From Guillardia theta CCMP2712 (taxonomy: Eukaryota > Protista > Cryptophyta): a DNA stretch of 64,000 nucleotides. Shown here in pieces: positions 11,688 to 22,089 of this stretch (position 1 is the stretch's first letter; each line of letters begins with the position of its first letter). The notes beneath the pieces were generated by a model. That model did not search any database, had not been told where the DNA came from, and was given only the letters and a program-made list of their open reading frames with translations. A program made the translations under genes and the position numbers. The DNA lies in contig NW_005434668.1 of NCBI RefSeq assembly GCF_000315625.1, positions 688,533 to 752,532 of the forward strand, in the 5' to 3' direction.

Positions 11688-14611
11688 TGCCGGAGCCAAA
11701 GTCAGGGAGCTGAAAATCTCTTTCCTCCTCTGTGATCTCTATGTCATCGGAGTAGACCTGCAGATCATTCACCTCTCCCTCCTTCCTCCCCCCTGCTCGC
11801 TTCGCCTCCTCCCTTCCACACACCTGGTAGAATTTGTTCACAAGTCGTGCGGACGGTTGTGCTTGGATCGCTCCCTCCTGTGACCAAGGTCAACATAATT
11901 TCAAGCCCTGGCCTCCTCGTCCTCCTTCTCGCTACCTCCATGCATGTCATCGCTCCTGCAGCAGCGCCATAGAGCACAGCCTCAGCTGCAAGGTTCCTGT
12001 CCTCGCAGGCCTTGGCGACGCGTATCGAGGGAACGTAATGAGGGCGAGGAAGAAGCTTGTCCATGTCCATGTCCACCTACCCCTCAGCTTCAGGACCCCA
12101 CCCCTCTTCTTCAGTATCTCCACACGTACCCCGGTCCCCACCCCTCCCCTCCACCTCCTCTCCACCTCCTCTCTCTTATGTCTGCTCACGTATTCATCTT
12201 GCCAGGCGTCTGTCAATTCCAACAGTTTGTGTAGGAAGCCAGCAACGAAGGCGTCGCCGGCTCCTGTACGAGCCTTGAGCTGCGTCCCCTCAAGTCTTCT
12301 CACCTGTCGTGTCGAGCACCGGAACTTCGAACGCAGGCATCCGACCGCCATGCTTGTTGAAGGCGTAAGAGACTCCTTCCTCCCCTGCCTGCTCCCCGTC
12401 AGCCTCGCGCTCTAGCACGACGAAGACTCACCGTGATGAGCACGCAGACGCAGGAGGGAAGCAGCTTCAGGGCAGAGAACGGCTTCGTCCTCACCTCCTC
12501 TCTGCTCAATCCCAGCAACCAGCTTGCCTCCTCCTCTGTCATCTTCACTATGTGAGCCCCTTGGACATAGTCAAGGATGATCTTCTTCGCCTCATCCTCA
12601 TCCTGTTCGTCCTCGTCATTCGCCTACCTCACCTCCTGCACGCCCGCTCACCTGCCTCCCCCCCCCCCTCCGCCCCCCCTTTCCCCCGCCCCTTCCCCCC
12701 CTCCCTTCCCCTCCTCTCGTCTACTTGTTTCCAGAACATTGGCCGCCAGTTCACGTCGACGACGCGGAGGATTTCGAGGGTCTCGCAAAGGTCTTTGAGC
12801 GTCATGAGCGTCTTTCTAGTCTCCTCGTACGCCAGGGATAGCGTCCCTGCCCTCCTTATCAGCAGCTCAGCGCCTCTTCCCTTGCTCACCTGTGACGACA
12901 CAGTCGCTTGCATAGAACCAGGTGCCATCGAGCTCTTCCTCCTGTCCCAACCCGATCAGAAGCCAAGTGGGCGATGCGATAGCAGGAAGTCAGCGACCAT
13001 CTTGTTTACCTTGAGAAAGCAGTCTGCATAGTTCTCGACATCGCCAAGTTCGAAGCCTTCAAACTGCAGCAGGAAGAAAGAATCAACTAGCAGGAAGAGA
13101 GAAGCTCAGATGGAGAAGAGAGGAGGAAGAAAAGTACAACAATTGCGATCCCAGCAGGAACAGCGTCAAGGGCTCAAAGTGAGAGGTTCAAGAGGATGTA
13201 CAAGCAGGAGGGACGCAAGAAATCAGTGAAAGAAGCAGGATGGTACCAGGGAGGAGGAGGAGGGTACTAGGGAGGAGGAGAAGGCCGGTGCTGGGGAGGA
13301 GGGGGGATAGTGATCACCTTTCTATCGCCCTGCTTGTCTCGTGTGACAAAGACTTTCCTCGTCGGCTTCCCTTTCCCTGTCTGCGTCAAGCACAGCGGCA
13401 CTTTGCATTCCTCAAGAGTCTGCGGAGAGTCAGCGAGCTTCTCACTCCTCCAGCTTCTCGCACTCTTCTCAGCATCTCTCCATCCTCGTCGTCTCCGATC
13501 GTTCCAATGAAGCCTGAAGGTGTTCCCAACTTGGCCAGGGCACAGGCAACGTTGGCAGGAGCTCCTCCCGCAAACTTCTGCTCGCATGGTGAGGGGAGGA
13601 GGAGGAGGAGGAGGAGGGGGAAGCGTCGTCCTCACCGTCCACTTGTCTGCTGGGTCTCCCATCTTCACCTCCGCCGACTCGGCGATGCAGTCGACGAGCA
13701 TCTCGCCGATGCAGAGCACGCGAGGTACACCCATGGGCCATGGCTCCGGCGACCCTCCCACTGTTGGGTTGTCGAGGAAATCAGCCGCACTCATGTGACC
13801 GACGTCAGGCGATCCCAAGGGCTGCACACAAGGTCATGGGCATGCCATGTGCAAGGAGGAAGTGAGGTCAACGGAAGGAACGTATGTACCCAAGCAGCTG
13901 GTGTCCATTCAGGGTTGGTTTTCTTGTATTCTATTTCCATCTCTTCTTCCGTAAGCCATCGACCATCTTTCAGTATCCCTGACTTCTCTAGAGCCTGCCG
14001 GACAGCATGGTCACAAGCGCATGAGAAACGAAGGAGGACCTGTCGCAGCTCCGGACTGAGAATGTTGGGGTCTTTGCCATAGGCGTTCTCCTGGTTGGGG
14101 ATGGTTGAGCGGACTGAGGCAGCAAGAGAGAGGGAATTACTCCTTTCTCACGGCCTCCTGCATTGTAGTTGGAAAACAAGGAAGACATGCTGACGGACTG
14201 CTTCTGACGAAACAATTTCAGTTCAGTCACGGCGTACCAGTCGGCAAGGACCTGTCGTTGGTTTCTGCTCCTTGACTTGACCCTGCTAGGCAGGGGCTGG
14301 ACGAGAGAACACTTCTGCCAACTGTATGAAGACATGAAGGTAGCAGGAACATCTCACCTCGAGCGGCTTCATGGTCTTGCCATGGAGCCCGTGAAGGCCT
14401 GACCATGCATCTCACTCCCTCCTCTGTTCCTCCTCAACCCCCGTTGTCACTGCTCAGCCCATCTATCCCACAGGAAGTCCTCATCTCCCTTCATGGTCTT
14501 CTCCTCTCCTCCTCTTATCTTCGTATCCTCACCTTGGAAGGCTTCTCCTTCTCCTGCAAGCGCCACCATCGCCACCATCGCCACCATCGTGCGAGCTACT
14601 AGCCCCTGCAT
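11665..14611 (-). CDS. PfkB-family carbohydrate kinase (fructokinase-like) with a bipartite plastid-targeting presequence
   Basis: VLCIGEMLVD, FAGGAPANVACALAKLG (PfkB signature 1), VDVNWRP, VLDTT/GAGDAF (signature 2). N-terminus MQGLVARTMVAMVAMVALAGEGEA-F. Confidence 0.85.
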
Positions 14612-14679
14612 CGCCGGCCCCACCAATCCTAAATTTACTCAACTTTTTAGTCCTTCCGAGCCTGCCCCACCACTGGCAG

Positions 14680-14890
14680 TACTCAAAGTTTGCGCCCCCC
14701 GGTCCCCCGGGGCCGCGCCCCGGGCTGACTCGGCCCGGTCACCACCGCGGCGGTCGGGCGGCAATCATGGGCCGGGCCCGGGGCACGGTGGGGCGCGGCG
14801 TGCGGCCCGGCTGACTTGCGCACACGGCGCCGGACCTTCACGGAACCGGCCGGGCCCGGGGCCCGGGCTGACTCAGCACGGTCGTCGGAG
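14680..14890. promoter_or_regulatory. GC-rich island with GGCCCGG/CCGGGCC palindromic words between divergent genes (putative bidirectional promoter)
   Basis: Sharp CpG/GGCC-rich patch between the PfkB start (14611, minus strand) and the TopA start (~15312, plus strand). Similar patches occur at other 5' regions. Confidence 0.45.
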
Positions 14891-15311
14891 TGAATGGGGT
14901 GGTTTTCTGGTTTAAAGGGGGGTGGAGGTACTACCATCTTAAAACTCGTTTTTATCAGCGGCCGCTTCTCTATTCCATGGAGAGAGCGAGAGTGGGATAG
15001 GTGGATGGACATGGATGGATGGAGAGAGGGAGGGGAGACAGAAGCGGGAATGGGCAGGAGAGAGAGCGTGATGAATGTGTGGATGAATCCAGGAAGAAGG
15101 TGAGAGAGAAGGTGACCTCAGAGTTGGAGCAGAGGTACAAAACTTCACGGGTGCTTCAATTTCATACTGAATGTGTAGATGTTCTGTTCTTCTGTAACCT
15201 GGCCTCTGCAGGTTCCTGCAAATGAGTTTTAGGGAGTATTGTGAAGTGTCTTCGCCATGATTACTCATTGCATGCACGGAAAGAAAGTGCTGCTGACGGA
15301 ATTCCCATAAG

Positions 15312-18300
15312 ATGAAAAGAAGAGAGCACCGGATATTTGCCTTGCTATCTGCAATATCGATGGCATTCCCAAAGTCCGTCTTCTTATCCCTGTCGTGGAC
15401 AACTCAATCGCACTCTTATCCCAACATTTATTCCGCAACTTTTCAAGCATTTCAATCTTTCTGCCCAGTAGATTCCGTCAAATTTCAGAAGAAACACCCC
15501 TGGAGCAAAAATACATGGCGTCCGAAGCAAGTCAAGAAGTCCGGTGTGCACCTCTTCGCACTCTTTTTTAATGTTGACGATGATGTTGGTCAGGCGGTGT
15601 TACATTCCGTTCCTCTCTCAACAAGCACGTTTCGTCTCGCCCATTCCCCCAATCCACGAAGTTGAATACATTTCGACCACTCTCTCGACCAGCCTTCCGA
15701 GCGGGCTACGGCAGATTCTGCTCATCCGGTGCAGGTAGTGACGATGCAGCACGAGACCAGATCTTGGTTATCGTTGAGTCTCCTTCAAAAGCCAAGATCA
15801 TTCAAAGTTTCCTCGACTCCCTCTACGTCGTTGAGTCGTGCATGGGTCATGTTCGCGATCTCCCCCAGAGTGCCAAGTCTGTTCCTCCTGAATTGAAAGC
15901 TCGCTTCGGGAAGGTGGTTGGTGTGGATCCTGACAACCACTTCGAGCCCCTCTACGTCACTCTTCCTGGCAAAGAGTCAGTGATCAAAAAGCTGGAGGGG
16001 ATCCAGCGCAAAGCAAAGGAAGTCATCCTTGCGACCGATGAAGACAGAGAAGGGGAAGCAATCAGTTGGCATCTGCTCGAGCTGCTGAAGCCTAAAGTTT
16101 CTCACCCACGTCTCTTGTCGCTGCTTAGCTTGTTGTAGGTGCCGGTGAAGCGAGCTGTCTTCCACGAGATCACCAAGGATGCCATCACTCGCTCGTTCCA
16201 GTCGTTGCGATCCATCGATCTCAACCTTGTCCATGCACAGGAGACGCGGCGAATTCTGGATCGTCTTGCCGGGTTCACCATGTCGCCGCTGTTGTGGAAG
16301 AAGATAGCTCGCGGGTGAAGAGAAGCAGTGAGCGCTTGCCACTGACTTGTCGCAGGCTTTCTGCTGGGCGAGTACAGAGTGTGGGGATGGCGATCATAGT
16401 GCGACGAGAGCTGGAGAGACTATCGTTTGTTCCTGCTGCTTACTTCGACTTGCGAGCAAACCTCTCAGCGGTAGAAGGCAGCGATGCCAGGCACTTCAGC
16501 GCCATGGTAGTTGAGGTGGAAGGGAAGGGGAAAGTAGCAACAGGAAGGGACTTCGACGCGAAAGGGCAGCTCCACGAGAGCTCAGGGAGAGGAAAATTGA
16601 TCCACCTTGACAAGGAGTCTGCAAACAGCCTCATGGAAGGACTGAAGCAGCAGGGAGCTAGCTGGAAGGTGAAGAAAGTCGAAAAGCGGGCACAGCGGCG
16701 CAAGCCTCCTCCTCCTTTCATCACCTCTACTCTGCAGCAGGAGGCCAACAGAAAGTTGTCGCTTAGCAGCAAGGAGTGCATGAGGACGGCGCAGAGGCTG
16801 TACGAGTCAGGCCTGATCACCTACATGAGGACAGACAACCCCATCCTCTCCGACTCTGCTCTTACCATCGCCATCAAGCGTGCCGCTGAGCTCTTCGGAC
16901 CCGATGCTGTGCAGCCTGCAGGTGAATTCTACGCTGCCTTTCTTGCCTTTTTTTATGCTTCTTTTCGCCTCTTTTTTAATGCTTACTCAGCGTGTTTTTC
17001 TCCTCCCCCTTACCTCTGATTTTGCGTTTTCTGATCTTTTCGTTCTCCGCGCTATTTCCCTCTGACATGCCCTGAAAGATGCTGCTCGAAAGAACATCAA
17101 GAAACCCAAAGGGAGTCAAGAGGCGCACGAACCGATCCGACCGGTGAGACAGGAGCTTCTCTCCTCCTCTGAGGCACATGGCAGGCTGTCTCCGATGCAA
17201 GGGGCACCTTCCTGCTCCCCAAGGAGACTAAGCTGCAAGGAAAGGAGGCGAGGAGATCAAACGGCTGCTGGTCTGCGACTGACAACAGCTCAGGCGGAGC
17301 TCTACGAGCTGATCTTCCAAAGGACATTAGCATCTGTCATGTGCGACGCTGAACTTGACTTGACATCCGTCGACATTCTTGGACAGGTCCTTGTTCTTCC
17401 TATGTGCTCCTTGTCCTGTATGCCTATCTCACCCTCTCTCTCGCCTCCCTCCAGCCGGCTGATCGCTCGCGAGACTCTGCCATCTTCCGAGCATCAGGAC
17501 GAGTGATCCGTAAGCATGGGTGGATGCTTGCATACCTCGACTCGTCCGATGAGCAACAAGTCGACAGTCAACGACTCCCCTCGCTCCTCACCAACCAGGT
17601 CTCCCAGTCCTCTCCATCTCTCGCCAACCTTGTTCTCCTCACCTCGTCGCCTCCTTTTATGCAGGAGCTGCTCTGCTCTGAGTTGAAGGTGGACGAGCAT
17701 TCGACGAAGCCTCCTGCACGGTACACAGAGGCGTCGCTAGTGAAGGAGCTGGAAGAGCTAGGGGTCGGCCGGCCCTCTACCTATACTCAGATCATAGAGA
17801 CGCTTAAGGATCGGGAGTATGTCACCATGGATGGCAAGGCCTTGTCCCCCACCCTCATCGCGTTCGTCGTGACGCGTCTTCTTGAAACCTACTTCCAAGA
17901 CTTCGTCGATACCTCCTTCACCGCCCGGTCGCTCTCTTCCTCGCTCCAGCGCTCACCCGCTGACTCACCTTCAAGGATGGAGGAGGAGCTAGATCGGATA
18001 GCACGAGGAGAGATGAAGAAAGAAGAGTATCTCAGTCGTTACTATCTCGGTGATGACGGGCTGCGGAACAAGGTGCTCGAGGGCTCTCGTCCTCCTTGTG
18101 CTCTTGGTGTTTCATCCTACTCACTCGGGTCAGGTGGAGATCTCGGAGTCGAGGATCATTCCCGAAGAAGCTCGACAGGTCAAGCTCCCGACGCTCGAGG
18201 TGAAGAGGAGAAGCATGTCCCGCCTGTGACTTGCTGCAGCCCTATGAGGATGAGTTCCAAGTGCTTGTCGGGTCCTATGGCGCTTACGTGCAGGCGAGAA

Positions 18301-20146
18301 GGAAAGAGGAAGGGAAAGAAGACAGCGAAGGAGGCGAGGGCAAGGAGGAGACTCAGCACAACCTCGTGAAGGCCAATATCCCGCAGACCTTCTGTAAGGA
18401 TGTGAACCAACTGACGCCCGAGAGGATCCGCAAGTGCCTGGAGACGAAGCAGGTGGCTGCAAACTGCTTCTCCTCCTCTCAGCCGCATCTCAGGGTCCAT
18501 ACAACGGCATCCTGATCGGTCGGGACGACGACAATGAGCCGATCCTTCTCCGTGTCGGGCCTTATGGTCTCTACCTGCAGAAGGGAGAGGGAGAGGCGGA
18601 GGGCAAGACTGCCAAGAAGGTTGCGTTGCCGCAGGACATGGATCCTCAAGGTTGGCATCCTCCTCTATGCTTGCTTCTACCTTCACATCACCTGCTCATC
18701 TGACAGGCATCTCTCTTGAAACGGCCAAAGCTTACCTCAACCTTCCCCGAGTCATCTGCGATCATCCGGAGACAGGCTCGGCTATTCAAGTTGGCATCGG
18801 GAGATACGGGACGTTTCTCCTCTACCAGGTTTGACTTTCTCCCTGTGCTGCCTGCTAACTCTCAGATGGCAGGGGAGCTATCGCTCCCTCCCAGCGACAG
18901 ACGACATCTTCACCCTCGACTGCTCTCGGGCCGTCGAGATCATCAACTCTGCTGCTGTATCCCCACGTTCGACCCGTGTGATCGCTGAGCTTGGCGAGGT
19001 TCGCAGAGGGAGGAAGAGGAAGAGCGTGGAGCTGACGAGATGAGCAGTACGAGCGGCGGCGAGTGGCTGTCGTTCAGGGGAGATTCGGCCCATACATCAA
19101 GTGCGGGCTGGTCAACGCCAAACTGCCCGAACATCACAAGGACTCACCTGGTTTCAACTGCCTGCCTCACCCTCCGCATCTGACGCATGAGAAAGAGGAC
19201 TGCACCTTGGAGGAGGCGATTGAGTCGATCAAGCTAAAGAGCCCGCAGAAGGGAAAGTCAACCCCCAAGAAGAAGGTCTTCACCCCTCCCCCTCCCCCCG
19301 CTTGTCTCCTTCCTCGAAACCGTTGAATCTTTCCGTCTCCTCTCTCGTCGTCTCGTCTCGTCTTTTCTCCTCTCTTCATTTTCCTCTCTCCTTCCTGCCT
19401 CACGTGAGTCCTTCAGGACTCTCCAGCTTCGAAAGGGAAGGCGGAGCAGTCAGCGAGTCCTTCCAGGAAGTCTCGCAGCTCCTACGCCATCTTCAGCGCC
19501 GAGAAGAGGCCGCAGGTTCCTCTTGCCTTCCGCCTCGACTTGAGCTGAGGCGAAGCAGCTCAAGGAGAAGGGGCTGAGCTTCGGAGAGATCTCCAAGGAG
19601 CTTGCGAGCATGTGGAGCGAGCTCTCGCAGGAGGACAAGGCCCCCTATGATGAGATGGCGCGACTGGAAAAGCTCAAGTACCAGGAGGAGTCAGAGGAGG
19701 AGAGGTGGTCTGCTGCTCCTCGAGGCTCGTCTGAGACACATGCCATCAGCAGGACGTCGACAAGTACAAAATCGAAGAAGGGAGGCAGCTCCTCTACCCG
19801 AAGCTCCGCGACCAAGAAGGCTGCGATTTCACGGCTCAAGTCCATCAACAAGACGACCAAGAAGCCTCTGTCCGCATACCTTCACTTTTGCAGTGAAAAC
19901 CGTCCGCTGCTGGCCCAACAGGGGCTCAGCTTCGGGGAGATATCCAAAAAGCTCGCGGTCTGACAGGTTTGTTGGGCTTCATTGTTGTGACAGATTCATG
20001 ATACAGGAAAACTGGAGGGCGGTCGATGAAGCGACCAAGCGCAAAGTAAGAAGAGCGAGGAAAAGATTTGAACTGACAAGATTTTGCAGTACGAGGACAT
20101 GGTGAGGAAAGAAAAGATGGCTCTTGGACAGGACGATTCTACTTGA
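15312..20146 (+). CDS. topA: Organelle-targeted bacterial-type DNA topoisomerase IA (TopA) with Topo C-terminal repeats and two C-terminal HMG boxes
   Basis: Toprim [11 protein letters not shown]...GHVRDL...[11 protein letters not shown]; SAGRVQS; TSTLQQEA; catalytic GLITYMRTD; QEAHEPIRP; [22 protein letters not shown]. Four G(P/S/R)(Y/F)G C-terminal repeats. HMG1 [46 protein letters not shown]; HMG2 [18 protein letters not shown]...[22 protein letters not shown]. Confidence 0.9.
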
Positions 20147-20294
20147 AAGGAGAGAGCGTTCAAAATGCAATTAGTTTGCTAGTCATTCATCAGCAAAAAA
20201 TGACATTACTCAGACTTGGAAGGAATATTGATGCTCATTCTAGTTATCTAGCACAATCATAGTACAAAAGATCGTTTAGCTTCAGTCAGCATCA

Positions 20295-21500
20295 TCAATT
20301 TGCATGCTCCACATAGACTTTCTCGATCTTATCACACTCCATTCTGTCAAGAATCTGTCCGAGCGTATGATCCAGGACAATGTCTGCCAGATTCTTCTCT
20401 CTTGGCACACTCCTGCTTCAAAACATGTCACAAACAGACTTGCCTTCGTCACCGCTTACCTTGACGACTTGGGGGATGGAGCAACAAGAGACGAAGGCAA
20501 GACGTCAGCATGCCGAGAGGTCTCCTCCTTGCTTCCTCGTCCATTCTCGAGCTTCACGGCTGGGCCTGCCCCCGTCTTGCTCACTGCGCCTCGCTTGATC
20601 TCTACCTCCAGCACCTCTGATCCGAACACTCCTTCCCTCCTCACCTTCAGCCTGACTGCCTTCCCGGCCTCTCCGGCCAGCTGCCGGCCTACCTCCTCTA
20701 GCGTCTTTCCCGCAGGCTTCTTGTCTATCTCCAGGATGACGTCACCGTGGTTGATCTTGCCGCTCAGCTCGGCTGGTCCCCCTCGCTGTATGCTGCTCAC
20801 TGCGATGCTGCCCTTGCTCGTCTTGGTCACCTCAATGCCTATCCCTTCTCTCCCTCCCAGTAGCATCGCCGCCTGGTCTGAGATGCTCGTGATCATGTTG
20901 CCAAGCAGGTCCTGCCGAGGCGACGCTATCTCTGCTCCTCGAGTGCTGCTGCTGTTGGCAGGCGACCGTTGAGGCGTGCGCTTGCCGTCCTGGGCTGGGC
21001 CTGCCCCCGTCTTGCTCACTGCGCCTCGCTTGATCTCTACCTCCAGCACCTCTGATCCGAACACTCCTTCCCTCCTCACCTTCAGCCTGACTGCCTTCCC
21101 GGCCTCTCCGGCCAGCTGCCGGCCTACCTCCTCTAGCGTCTTTCCCGCAGGCTTCTTGTCTATCTCCAGGATGACGTCACCGTGGTTGATCTTGCCGCTC
21201 AGCTCGGCTGGTCCCCCTCGCTGTATGCTGCTCACTGCGATGCTGCCCTTGCTCGTCTTAGTAACGCTCACCCCTATGCCGACATGATTGTTACTTGGTG
21301 AGAGGAGGCTACTGAAGAACTTGTCGAGTTGTACAGGAGAAGTTTGAGTGGGAGTAGTTTGATTGTCTTTGCCTGTCTTCCTAGCATGCGAAGAATTTCC
21401 GCTGTGTGTATCCGGTGACTTGACAGATGTAAGCATATCACGGACGAGATGATCGAGCGACTTCTTGTCTCCTTTATCGAGTGACTTCTTGTCTCCTTTA
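20295..21500 (-). CDS. Tandem PDZ-domain protein (both ends approximate)
   Basis: Two copies of GIG(V/I).V.KTSKGSIAVSSIQRGGPAELSGKINHGDVILEIDK...VRLKVRREG, which matches the PDZ pattern. Confidence 0.8.
20558..21259. repeat. Direct duplication of 267 bp (20558-20824 and 20993-21259) encoding the two PDZ domains
   Basis: The two copies look nucleotide-identical by inspection, offset 435 bp. Confidence 0.9.
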
Positions 21501-22089
21501 TCTTATCTATCTTCCTGCCTCTACCTCCCTCTCTTCTTCTTCCTCTACCTCCCTCTCTTCTTCTTCCTCTACCTCCCTCTCTTCTTCTTCCTGCTTCCTC
21601 TTCCTCTGTTTCTTCCGCTGTCCCGTTTTGTCATGTGAAGTGCTAAAACTGTAGCTTGAAACCGCGACGCCGGCAGACCCCAGCAACCGTTGAACCGTTG
21701 AACCCCGAACTGCCCAGCCCGCCTCAGTCTGCCGCCGTCGATCCGATGGCGCACTGCCCGGTGGGCCCGGACAGCCGCATGCGGGGGTGACAGGTGTGAC
21801 TGAAAGATTCAACTTGGGAGAGCATCCCATATGTTTATATGAATCAATGACCTACGTCTACTCGCCATCATCGCTGCTAGCACTTCCGTTCTTCCTCGCT
21901 TCCTCCTCCTTGTATCGCTGCTCCACCTGCTCCACCTCTTAGTGCCTCCTCTCCCTTCGTCTTCATGCACCGCTAGGCGGATACGAGTGAATGGATTCCA
22001 CGTCGTCTGCGGGTTCATCTCCCTACCAAAAGTTCAGCGACTTCCCCCCCCTCCCCCGGCGCCCCTCTCCTCCTCTTCCTCATTGATCT

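Noticed and set aside
15662-19270. TopA as bacterial contamination or recent horizontal transfer
   Set aside because: The gene has many host-type spliceosomal introns and an N-terminal targeting extension.
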